DNA of 64,000 bases, taken from NCBI GenBank assembly GCA_945946655.1, contig CAMEWM010000001.1, positions 4,365 through 68,364 on the forward strand, read 5' to 3'. The notes under the pieces were generated by a model. It saw nothing but the letters and a program-made list of their open reading frames with translations, was not told the origin of the DNA and made no database searches. Origin of the DNA: an uncultured Clostridium sp. Lineage in GTDB: Bacteria; Bacillota; Clostridia; TANB77; CAG-508. A program made the translations under genes and the position numbers. This document shows, piece by piece, positions 17,408-28,300 of this stretch; position 1 is the stretch's first letter, and every line of letters begins with the position of its first letter.

Positions 17408-18640
17408 TTAATTATTTTTTTCATCAAGCAACCAATCCAACACATTTATCTTCTTTATTCCATCAAAGTCTGCATCTAAATCATCATCTAATGTCAAAAT
17501 GTATTTAGGATAATTATCATTTATTTTCCTCAATGGAGTTAATTCTCTATCTAAAATTTTATTATCTCCTTCATTTTCTCCTCTAGTTGTTAATGCAACT
17601 TGATAATATATAGTATTTTCTGGCTTTCTTGCTACGAAATCAACTTCTAAATCATCATATTTTCCTATATATACTTCATATCCTCGTCTCAACAATTCAA
17701 GATACACAACATTTTCTAATATATGTCCCATATCTCGGCCAGAGCCTTGTCCTAACATATAATATCTTAATCCTATATCTATCGCATAATATTTTTCTTG
17801 AGTTTTTAAAAACTCTTTTCCTTTAATATCATATCTGTTGGCTTTAAATATTAAATAACTATCTATTAATGCATCTACATAGTTTGAAATTGTATTATAT
17901 GATGAATTTTTTTCTATTCCTTCAATATTATCACTTATGCTTTTCATACTCGTTCTATTCCCTATGTTGTCATACAAATATTTTGTAACTCTTTCTAAGA
18001 CATTTTTATCTGTTATTCCTTTTCTTTGCATTACATCTTTAAATAAAATAGTGTTATATATTCCATCTAAAAATAAATTTATATTTTCTGGGTTTATTTT
18101 ATATAATTCAACTGCTTGAGGAAATGAACTATATCTTAGATAATCTCTAAATTTTCTTGACAAGTCTGTTTTATCTTCAAAGCTTGATAAATATTCTTTA
18201 AACGATAATGGCAACATTTTTATTTCTATATATCTTCCTGTAAGCAATGTTGCTAATTCTGAAGATAATAAATATGCATTTGAACCTGTTATATATAAGT
18301 CTACATCTTTATTTATAAATAGGCTATCTACTGTTTTTTCAAATTCGTTTACATTTTGAATCTCATCTAGAAAAACGTATGTCTTTTTTCCTTTTACTAG
18401 TCTTTCTTTTATATATTCGTATAATTTCTTTCTGTCTTGTAATTCCTCATAATCTGCGTTTTCAAAATTTATTGATATTATTTGCTTTGCTTCTACTCCA
18501 TTTTCTTTTAAGTAATCTTGAAAAATTTCAAGCAATGTTGATTTACCACATCTTCTTATTCCTGTGATAACTTTTATTATTTGTTGATCTTTGAAATTTT
18601 TTAATATAGATAAATAATTTTCTCTACTTATTCTTTCCAT
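17408..18640 (-). CDS. AAA-type ATPase with DUF4143-like C-terminal domain
   Basis: ATG at 18640 behind AGGAGG. Walker A GIRRCGKST, Walker B VFLDEIQ. The size and layout match the common ATP-binding protein/DUF4143 family. Confidence 0.8.
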   Translation of the reverse strand: MERISRENYLSILKNFKDQQIIKVITGIRRCGKSTLLEIFQDYLKENGVEAKQIISINFENADYEELQDRKKLYEYIKERLVKGKKTYVFLDEIQNVNEFEKTVDSLFINKDVDLYITGSNAYLLSSELATLLTGRYIEIKMLPLSFKEYLSSFEDKTDLSRKFRDYLRYSSFPQAVELYKINPENINLFLDGIYNTILFKDVMQRKGITDKNVLERVTKYLYDNIGNRTSMKSISDNIEGIEKNSSYNTISNYVDALIDSYLIFKANRYDIKGKEFLKTQEKYYAIDIGLRYYMLGQGSGRDMGHILENVVYLELLRRGYEVYIGKYDDLEVDFVARKPENTIYYQVALTTRGENEGDNKILDRELTPLRKINDNYPKYILTLDDDLDADFDGIKKINVLDWLLDEKNN

Positions 18641-18782
18641 AAATCTCCTCCTAACTATAATAATTATACTATCTTTTATCATTATAGTCAAGTTTTTTCA
18701 AAATTATGAAAAAACTTTTGTTTTTTTAGTAGTTCTTTCAAATACCCCTTAATTTTTTTTACTCTCTAGCTAACTATTAAAC

Positions 18783-18828
18783 AAAAAAATATCAATAAAT
18801 TTAAAAACTTTCTCAATTTTATTGATAT
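18783..18828 (-). terminator. Rho-independent terminator ending the SNF2-to-Res operon
   Basis: 11-bp perfect stem ATATCAATAAA/TTTATTGATAT (18789-18799 with 18818-18828), followed on the minus strand by TTTTTTT. Confidence 0.65.
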
Positions 18829-18851
18829 TTTATCTTCTTCATTCTTTTCTC

Positions 18852-21800
18852 CTATTCTATCGGAACTACTCCTGTAACTAAATTAATTAAATTTTCATAA
18901 CTATCTACAACACCATATTTAACTGCTCCATTACTTATTGCTTTAAAGTGTTTTCTAGCACAAGCAATTTTTCCTTGCTCTGCACCTTTTAGTTGAGCTG
19001 ATTGCATACTTCCTTTTGTTTCTGCAATAAAGTAAATGTATTTTATATCTTTATTATCAAAAACTAATGCCCAGTCAGGATTATAATTTCCAAAGGGTGT
19101 TCTTATTTTAAATCCGTTCGGAAGTTTTGCATATATGGTAACTTCTCCTTGTTCTAGTTTTCTAGCAAATTCCATTTCAATAGTAGAATCAGTTATTACA
19201 TAATCATAAATGTGTTTCTTAACTTCAAGTGCATTTACTCCTAATTTTCCTGTTAGATTATTTTCTGTGAATATTTCATTACTGAATTTATCTTCTGTTT
19301 TGTTATAAGTAATTCCATCAATTATAGTAGTTGCTTTTTCATCATTTATTAAATTAGATGCTTTTCTTATAAATTCTTCAGGATTATACTTAAATTGTTC
19401 AAATACATCTTGTCTTATATTCTTCAAAATTTCTATAATTGTATGTCTTGTAAGTCCTGTATCTGTTGCAATGCTTCCTATTAAGTCATATTTAGTTGTT
19501 ACTGGTACAAAATCATCATAAACTTCGTTTCTAACTTTTCCAACTATCATAGAATCTTCATCTTTTAGTTGGCTTACACTCATTGTATTTCTTTGTTCTC
19601 CTTCAGTTATTCTGACTCTCATTTTGCTTATAATTAGTTTATCATTTAAAGCTTTTATTGCTTTTTCTATTAGTTCATTAGAATCAAAATCAACTTCATA
19701 TATAGATTTTACATTTATTTTATTCCATAACTCTTGAAATTCTTTTTTATAGAAATTATCATTTAACTTTAGATTGCTAATGTTGTTTTTATTTGCATTA
19801 CCTATTTCAATTTTTGTTTCTGTAAATAGTGATGTTATAAGTTTTGTATATTCTTCTATATGATCTTGCATTACTTCAGGAATACTAATTGCATTGTTTG
19901 CAATATCTTCTTTTAGTTTGTGTGTGATGTTATCATTTTCATCAATGTAATCATTTTTCATAAAATCTCTGTAAATTTTATTTACTACTGTTTCATCTAT
20001 AGGTAATGATTTTCCATCTTTATTTACTAACTCTCTATCAATAAATATTTTTTGCTCAAACTTATCAAATGATTTTCTTGATAAGTTTGCTGATATTTCG
20101 CTTTGTAATGCTTTTGCAAATGAATCATAACTTTCACTTGCTATAACAGTAAGATTATTGATATTAAAGAAATCATCTTCAAGTTCTCTATAATCCATTC
20201 TATCTCCATTGCTATTAACACAAATACGAAGTCCTCTACCTATTTCTTGTCTTTTACTTATTTCAGAATTACTTTTCTTTAAAGTACATATTTGGAAAAT
20301 GTTTGGATTATCCCAACCTTCCCTTAATGCTGAGTGAGAAAATATAAATCTTACAGGTTCTGATAATGATAATAATCTTTCTTTATCTTTCATAATTAAA
20401 TCGTAAGCATCTTCATCAGAACTTGTCCCCTCTGCTTTATCATCAATCTTAGAATCAATAAATATTTGTTCATCTTCAGATAATCCTTTTGATGCTTTTT
20501 TATCTATTGAAAAATAACCACTGTGTACTTTTTTTCCATTTAATGAATCTAAATATTTTTTATAATCTTCATCTATGAAATTATAAAATTCATTATATAT
20601 GTTATTATATTCTTCTTCAAATATTTTTGCATATTCTCCATTATGTGCTTTTTTATTTTCATCATATACTTTGTATTTGGCTACTTCATCTATAAAGAAT
20701 AAAGATAATACTTTTATACCCTTTTTATAATATTCTCTTTCTTTTTCAAAATGTGATCTTATAGTTTCTCTTATTTGTATTCTAGCCATATAATCTTCTT
20801 CTGCATCTCCAATTATTTGACCAGTTGTAATTTCTTTTCCATTTGTAAATTTTACAATATCATAAGACATATTTTGAGCATTTATTTCACTTATCACATA
20901 GCCTCTATATTCTTCTAATTCACCTGATAATTCAAATAAATTTGCTCCTGCACTAAACTTTTTAGTTTTCTTTGTTACTCCTGTAGATGATTTTGTTTCT
21001 ATTTCAATATATGCAACAGGATCAGACTTACTTATTTCTACCCTATCCAAATATAAATATGTATCTTCTGATTTATTATGTAATAATTCTATTCCTTTTA
21101 CATTTATTTTTTTAACAAGTTTTTGATTATAAGCATCTACTGCATCAAGTCTATATACCATATTATATTTGAACTTTTCTTTGTGAGTAGCAGAATAACG
21201 AATTATAAATAAAGGATTGAACTCTTTAAGCATTTCTTCTGTTTTTCCCATCTTTTGTGGTTCGTCTATAATAAGTATAGGATTTGTTGCTTTTAATACA
21301 TCTATAGGTTTTCTTGATTGTAGTTCATCAAGTTCTTCATATATTCTTCTATTATTTTTTGATTTTGTGTTAAATGCTTGATAATTCATTATCATAACTT
21401 GTATGCTATTATCTTCAGCAAAATTATTTATATTGGCTATATTTGAAGAATTATTTGAATTATATACAAAAAATCTTATTTTCTTCTTGTATAATTCTTG
21501 AAAATGTTCCTCTGTTATTTGAAAAGATTTTAGTACACCTTCTCTAATTGCAATGCTTGGAACAATAACAATAAATTTACTCCATCCATAAGCCTTATTT
21601 AACTCATACATTGTTTTTATATATGTATAAGTTTTTCCAGTACCTGTTTCCATTTCAACAGAATAGTTTTCATAGCCTTGATTATCTGTGTAATCTAAAT
21701 TATTTTGTTTTTGTACTGTTCTTATATTTTTCCTTAATTCTTCTGATGTAAGCATTATTTTATTGTTTCCAAAAGAAATAATATCTTCAACAGAATTTTG

Positions 21801-21968
21801 ATTCCAATAATCTTTTCCAGTCGCATTTCTTAAATCAAATTTAGTTTCTCTTCTACCAATTAAATCATGTCTGGTTCCTTTAGGTTGTCCTTCAAAACAT
21901 TTTACAATAGATAAAGAAGCATCTTCTTGATATTGTTGCTTTTTAAATTTTAGTTTCAATAAATTCAC
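18852..21968 (-). CDS. res: Type III restriction enzyme Res subunit (SF2 helicase plus C-terminal PD-(D/E)xK nuclease)
   Basis: Walker A METGTGKTYT, motif II IIDEPQKM, motif VI-like QEIGRGLRI, C-terminal NPDWALVF...IAETKG nuclease motif. Confidence 0.88.
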   Translation of the reverse strand: MNLLKLKFKKQQYQEDASLSIVKCFEGQPKGTRHDLIGRRETKFDLRNATGKDYWNQNSVEDIISFGNNKIMLTSEELRKNIRTVQKQNNLDYTDNQGYENYSVEMETGTGKTYTYIKTMYELNKAYGWSKFIVIVPSIAIREGVLKSFQITEEHFQELYKKKIRFFVYNSNNSSNIANINNFAEDNSIQVMIMNYQAFNTKSKNNRRIYEELDELQSRKPIDVLKATNPILIIDEPQKMGKTEEMLKEFNPLFIIRYSATHKEKFKYNMVYRLDAVDAYNQKLVKKINVKGIELLHNKSEDTYLYLDRVEISKSDPVAYIEIETKSSTGVTKKTKKFSAGANLFELSGELEEYRGYVISEINAQNMSYDIVKFTNGKEITTGQIIGDAEEDYMARIQIRETIRSHFEKEREYYKKGIKVLSLFFIDEVAKYKVYDENKKAHNGEYAKIFEEEYNNIYNEFYNFIDEDYKKYLDSLNGKKVHSGYFSIDKKASKGLSEDEQIFIDSKIDDKAEGTSSDEDAYDLIMKDKERLLSLSEPVRFIFSHSALREGWDNPNIFQICTLKKSNSEISKRQEIGRGLRICVNSNGDRMDYRELEDDFFNINNLTVIASESYDSFAKALQSEISANLSRKSFDKFEQKIFIDRELVNKDGKSLPIDETVVNKIYRDFMKNDYIDENDNITHKLKEDIANNAISIPEVMQDHIEEYTKLITSLFTETKIEIGNANKNNISNLKLNDNFYKKEFQELWNKINVKSIYEVDFDSNELIEKAIKALNDKLIISKMRVRITEGEQRNTMSVSQLKDEDSMIVGKVRNEVYDDFVPVTTKYDLIGSIATDTGLTRHTIIEILKNIRQDVFEQFKYNPEEFIRKASNLINDEKATTIIDGITYNKTEDKFSNEIFTENNLTGKLGVNALEVKKHIYDYVITDSTIEMEFARKLEQGEVTIYAKLPNGFKIRTPFGNYNPDWALVFDNKDIKYIYFIAETKGSMQSAQLKGAEQGKIACARKHFKAISNGAVKYGVVDSYENLINLVTGVVPIE

Positions 21969-21975
21969 CTCTTTT

Positions 21976-22770
21976 TCACATTATTCCAAAAAGTCCGAGT
22001 ATTCCACTAGCAATTAAATTTGTTCCTGTTCCCATTGCAATTTCTTTTAATAATTCTACTACCTTATTCTTATTTTTCTTATTACAACTTTCTTTTATAT
22101 TTTCAATAATTTTTTCACTTAGATTACTTTCTTTTTGCATTAGATCAAGTTTTTCTAACACGATTTCAAATAATTTATCATCATTCACTTGATTAAAATT
22201 CGTTTGATTTATTATTCCATTATTAGTATTACAATAAATATTTTGAGTAATAATCTTATTCTCTGTATTTTTATTTTCTGTTATAATAGGCTCAATGTTT
22301 TCATAATAAATAAAGGCTACTCCATTTTGTCCACCTTTTATAATCGTTTTTTCGTTTTCGAATTTTATAATATTATTTTCTTTACAAAATTTCAAAATAT
22401 TTGCTCTTGCTATATCATCCATATTCAAAAATATCTTTTTAAAATCTTCTCTTTCTAATGCTCCTTTTTCATAAATAATCTCCTTCATTTGCACAGCCTT
22501 GTAATTCAAAAAGTCCGTTCTTCCTTTTTGAGTCAGTCTCGGAAAATGATTATATTGTGTCTGTCCAAGAATTCCTCTTAATATTTCTATACAATTTTCA
22601 TCTACCAAGTCTCTATTTTCTTGCCAAAATTCTGAAATATCAAAGTCTTTAGCTATTATACTATCAAGTATTTTTATCAACTCTTGATTATCTTTTACTA
22701 TTCTTTTTTCTATTTCAATATCTTTAGAATATATATAATTAAAAATATCTATATTTAATTCTGTTATCAT
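21976..22770 (-). CDS. Orphan 264-aa protein with C-terminal hydrophobic tail, embedded between mod and res
   Basis: Start overlaps the mod stop (ATGA, 22767-22770). 8-nt gap to res. The C-terminus AMGTGTNLIASGILGLFGIM looks like a tail anchor. No known motif. Confidence 0.6.
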   Translation of the reverse strand: MITELNIDIFNYIYSKDIEIEKRIVKDNQELIKILDSIIAKDFDISEFWQENRDLVDENCIEILRGILGQTQYNHFPRLTQKGRTDFLNYKAVQMKEIIYEKGALEREDFKKIFLNMDDIARANILKFCKENNIIKFENEKTIIKGGQNGVAFIYYENIEPIITENKNTENKIITQNIYCNTNNGIINQTNFNQVNDDKLFEIVLEKLDLMQKESNLSEKIIENIKESCNKKNKNKVVELLKEIAMGTGTNLIASGILGLFGIM

Positions 22771-24718
22771 ATTACATTTACCTCTGTTTCTTGTGATATT
22801 TTTTTTATTCTTTCAAATGTATTTATTTTATCACTATCAGTTTTAAATGAACTTTCTTTAAATACTATTTTCAAAGGGTTACATTTACAAATTTCATCTA
22901 CTATGTTTATATCTATGGTATCATCAAAACATGCGACAAGTGAATTATTTTCCACAAAATAAACATTATTATTAAATATTTTTCTTTCTTCTATTGATAA
23001 ATCTAATGTTAATCCTAAATCTAATATAACTTGTGTCAACAAATCTTCTGATGTTCTATCTTCTTTTATATTAGATTCAAATATATTTAGTTGAGCTTGT
23101 TGTAAATCGGTTGGAGCATAATATACATCTTTCATATTAGATGAATCCACCTTATAAACTCTAAATCCAATGTCCAAATTAGCATTTTTTATCTTTTTAC
23201 CAACATTTTTTATTCTTTTTTCACCCAAATCACATATAGTTTCGTTGTCTTTAACACCATCTTCTATCAAGCGTTCTGGCAATTGAACCATTATAAATTT
23301 TATTTTTTTACTGTATTCATTGTTGTACTTTAAGCATGCATGCGCAGTAGTTGCACTGCCTGAAAAGAAATCTAAAACATAATATTCATCATCATTTAGC
23401 CATTTAATTAATTGTTCTATCAGTCTAACTGGTTTTTTTCCATTTTTAAATTTTATATTTCCTTCATCATCTATATTTCTCATGTCAAAGTGAAACCCTT
23501 TCCATAAATCTCCTCTATATGTACACCTAGTATAATTTGACATGTAGTTATCTGATTGCTTTAAGCAGTCTGAAAACTTTATATACATTCTTATCGAACC
23601 AGTTGCCGTCTTAAATAATAGCTTATTATCATACAAAAACACTTTATTTTTTTCATATTTTTCTAAAATAGATTCATCTATTTTTTTACTATATGGTGCA
23701 TCGCATATAATTTCGGAGCTATCTCGTTGTACATATATTTTTTAAAATCATTATCAATTTGCATTAAAGTATTTATATTATCATTTGTTAATTTTAAATT
23801 ATACCTTAAAAATTTATCACTTATTGAGTGATTTGATTTTAAATATTCTATTAAATTGTATGTGCACATTTTTTCGTCAATAACAGTTTTATAATGTGTA
23901 TCAAATAACTCTCTCATTTCATCAACAAGTGGGCACTTTTCTTTTGTATCTTTATCTTTATTTTTTTTGTATATTAATATATAGTCTTTAACTTTAACAA
24001 ATGTTTTACTCACATGAGCCGCCTTAGTTCCAAAAACCTCTCCACTTTCAATGGTCAAAATTGTCACAAAATTATTTTCTCCATATATTTCATCACATAT
24101 AATTTTTAAGTCAGCAACTTCATTATCATCTATGCTTATGAAAATATAGCCATCATCTCTTAATAGATTTCTAGAAATTTTTAATCTAGAATACATCATT
24201 GCAAGCCAATTACTATGAAATTTACCATTACTTTCCTGATTAGATACTAGTTTATTATCATATTCATCTATCTGTCCTGATTCTTCTAATTCATTCTCAT
24301 TTATGAATTTATCATTATAAATAAAATCATTTCCTGTATTATATGGCGGATCAATATAAATACATTTAATCTTATTCAAATATGATTCTTGTAATATTTT
24401 TAATACTTCTAAATTATCTCCCTCAATATAAATATTTTTTGTATTATCAAAGTCAACAGATTTTTCCTTAACTGGTCTTAAGGTTTTATTGCAAGGAGTA
24501 TTAGCATTTACTAATGCCTCTTTCTTTCCAACCCAAGATAATTGGTATCTTTCTTTTCCATCATCTATTATATCTTTAGATAATTCTTGTTTTAGCATAT
24601 CAAAATCTATTTTTCCTTCACTTATGCAGTCAGGAAATAATTCGGATATCTTACTAATATTATCTTTTACAATATCTTTTGACTTCATATCTAATTTATG
24701 TATTTCTTCATTATTCAT
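22767..24718 (-). pseudogene. mod: Type III (beta-class N6A/N4C) DNA methyltransferase Mod, split into two ORFs by a frameshift at an A7 tract
   Basis: N-terminal ORF 23678-24718 has motif IV IYIDPPYNTG. C-terminal ORF 22767-23642 has motif I DFFSGSATTAHA. Order IV-TRD-I is typical of Type III Mod. Adding one A to the A7 run (23681-23687) fuses the frames. Confidence 0.85.
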
Positions 24719-25322
24719 TATTACTTAATTCCTCCTTTTGCTTTTTTAATTCTAATATATTCTTATTCAATTCTACTTTTTTATTAAATTGTTTTTCTGA
24801 TTTCATTTTGTTTTCAAGTCTTTCTATTTCTTTTTGAACTTCTTTCAATTTCTTGCCTTTTTCTAATTCTTCGTCTATATTATTATTTTGTTCTGAAATA
24901 TTTGTAACACTTCTTATGATATTTTCATATACTGCATTTAAATCAATTCCATTAAAGTTAAATTCTATTTTTTCATTCCAATTTGTAAAGTAAATATCAT
25001 CATTGTGTTTTATTGCATATTGTACTTCATCCTTATAGCATATTTCAAATAAAATAATATATGGTATATTCTTTGTAATCACTTTAATTATATTTTGACA
25101 ATTTACTTTTTCTTTCAATGTAAGTTCAAATATTTCTATTTCTTCAACATTTTCCGTTTTTGATATATTCAATGTATCTTCTGATATTTTATATTTCCAA
25201 TATATTTTATCAATTTTATCAACAAATTCTTGTTTTAAATTTGAAGATAAACTAACCTTTTCATAAAATATTTTCTTTGGTATAAATTTATCTACTATAC
25301 ATTCTTTAGGAAGTTCTATCAT
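24711..25322 (-). CDS. DUF4391-like protein
   Basis: 203 aa. The N-terminus IPKKIFYEKVSLSSNLKQEFVDKIDKIYWKYKISEDTLNI matches my recollection of DUF4391, a family typically next to SNF2 helicase and methylase genes. Start overlaps the SNF2 stop by 1 nt. Confidence 0.6.
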   Translation of the reverse strand: MIELPKECIVDKFIPKKIFYEKVSLSSNLKQEFVDKIDKIYWKYKISEDTLNISKTENVEEIEIFELTLKEKVNCQNIIKVITKNIPYIILFEICYKDEVQYAIKHNDDIYFTNWNEKIEFNFNGIDLNAVYENIIRSVTNISEQNNNIDEELEKGKKLKEVQKEIERLENKMKSEKQFNKKVELNKNILELKKQKEELSNNE

Positions 25323-28300
25323 TATACAATTGCTACAAATGCTATAAGTTCAAAATCATCAAGTCCTGATATATCATTTTTTAGCATTGTAGTTCCTCCT
25401 TTCCTAAATAGACTATCAATATCACTTTCTTCTTTTACATCTATAATTGATGTAATGCTTTTATTAAGTAAATCTGAATATTTACTCATATCATTTCCGT
25501 CATTAGTTATTTCATTAAATTTTGTATATGCTTCCTTAATTGGCTCTTTCTTTCCTTTTGATACATATCTTATTAAATCTAATGTATTTTTCACATTTAA
25601 GTGATTAGATAATATTTCTCCATTTTCTTTTATATATACTATATAAAATGGATGTAACTGATTTGTGCTTTCAATATTTACATTAGCATTTATGTTTTTT
25701 AATATGAATATTGCTCCCTTTTCTACTCCGTTTTGTTCATCAGATAATACAACTGAGTGCATTCCATTTGAAACATAGTCTAAATTTCCGTTATGATTTA
25801 TATATTCAACTAGATCCATTCTATAGTCATTTAATCCTAAATCAGTAATCGAAACACCTGTATTCATATCTTCAAGGTCAACAACTTCTTCTTTTAATTT
25901 TTGTAATTGTGCTTTTCTATATTCCATATCACTAGATTGATTTGTTAAAACATTATCTTCTCCTGTAGCAGAAATATCTAGCATATACATTCTACTTTCT
26001 ACTCTATTTTTTAAGTTAATGTAATCGTCCAAATTCATATTTGGCCAGAAATTAACTAATTGTATCTTTGAATTTTTAGAACCAATTCTATCTATTCTTC
26101 CAAATCTTTGTATTATTCTTACAGGATTCCAATGTATATCATAATTTACTAAATAATCACAGTCTTGCAAGTTTTGTCCCTCACTTATACAGTCAGTTGC
26201 AATTAGTATATCAATTTCCTTGTCCTTTTTTCCCTCTAGTATATCTCTATTTTTTGAAATAGGAGAAAAATTGATTAGTAGATTATTATAATCTTTATCA
26301 ATATTCATTGTGCATTTATTAGCACCACCACCTGTTACAAGTGCTGTATCTAAACCATATTCTAATTTTATAACTTTGCTTACATTTTCATAAAGGTAAT
26401 TAGCAGTATCTGCAAAAGCGCTAAAAACGATTACCTTTTTGTTTCCAGCATTTATTGGATTTTCAATTTTATTTCTTATCAAATTTATTAGTTCAGTAAG
26501 TTTCAAGTCATTATTAGGTTGTATTCTTTGAAATTCTTTCAATAAATCAGATAGTATAAATTGATCATACATTAGGTCTTCTTTCCAACCTATTGTATTC
26601 ATATCTTTTAGATTGATTTTTACCTTTCCACCAATTAAGAAATCATTATCCATTAAATCTAGTATGTCTTCATCTTCTTCATAATCCTTTATACTCATAT
26701 CATCAAAAGTTGCATCAGTTCCATTTGTTTCAAAATTTTTTATTGCATCTATTGTAAAGTTTATTTGACTTAGAATTTTACCAATTGTTAATCTAAATGA
26801 ATCAACAGAACTTTCTAATCGTTTTAATAGATTTATTCTCATTAGTTTTTGTAAGCTTTTCTCTCTATCTGATTGTTTTAGTTTTGATGCTCCTCCTCTT
26901 ACTTTTGTATCATATAAATCTTCATATTTTGTAACACAATTAGGCAATATATAGTCAAATGGTGTATATACACACATACTTAATTTTGTTAAAGAGTCAT
27001 ATATTTCTTTGATTGAATAAAAATTATCTATATTAGTTATTTCACTTGTTATGCTTATTGGTTTTAATCTTGTAGGAAACTTACCAATTTTATTCATATC
27101 ATAATATTTCTCAATATGTTTTCTACTTCTTGCTATTGTTACACTATCTAATAATTTAAAGAAATCAAAATCTTCATTTAATCTTCTTAATAGTGATTGT
27201 GAATCTCTTTCTTCTATAGGAAGTTTTGACCATTCATTAAAAATAGTTTGAGCATTTTTTAAAATAGTATCTATTGATTTAGTCTTGCTAATATTTTCAT
27301 CTATCTTATCAGTATTGCCTTCATAAGCCAATGCAAGTTGATTTTTTAAATCTGTAAATCTATTATTTACTGGTGTTGCTGATAGCATCAATACTTTTGT
27401 TTTAACTCCTGCTTTCATTACATCATTTAATAATCTTGTATATCTCGTTTCTCTATCATTTCTTGCACTATTATTTCTAAAATTGTGAGACTCATCTATA
27501 ACAACAAGATCAAAGTTTCCCCAATTTATTCTTGATAAATCAATATTTCCTGACATTCCTTTTTTTCTTGATAAGTCTGTATGATATAATACCCTATAAT
27601 TAAATCTATCTTTAGCAAGGATATTGTCTTTATATTCGTTATTATAAGTATTCCAATTATTTGCCAACTTTTTAGGACATAAAACTAAAACACTTTTATT
27701 TCTTTCTTGATAATATTTTATAACTGCAAGTGATGTAAATGTTTTTCCTAGTCCTACACTATCTGCCAAAATACAACCATTATATTTTTCAAGTTTATTT
27801 ATAATTCCTAATACTGCATCTTTTTGAAAATCATATAACTTATTCCATATTACAGACTCTTTAAATCCAGTTTTTTCATTTGCTAATTCATCTTCTGAAA
27901 CATCTAGCAAGAACTCATTGAAAATATTATACAAAATAACATAGTAAATAAATTCAGGAGAATTTTCTTTATATAAGTCTGAAATAAAATCAATTACATC
28001 ATCTGTAACATCCTTTAAAACACTTTTATTATTCCAAAGTTCCATGAATGATTGTAGATAATACTTTGTCATTTCATAATTATCATCTATTTTTGTTACA
28101 GGATTAAATACAGTATTATCTTTCTGATACCCTAATCCTGCTGATGAAAATTCGTCTACATTCAAATATGTAATTTTATCATTTATATTCATAAACTTTT
28201 GAATTGGATTATTATTAACATTACTTTTAAATTTGGCTTTGTTTTTTATCCATTCTGCACATTCTTTTGCAATTGCTTTTCCATTAAGTTTATTTTTTAG

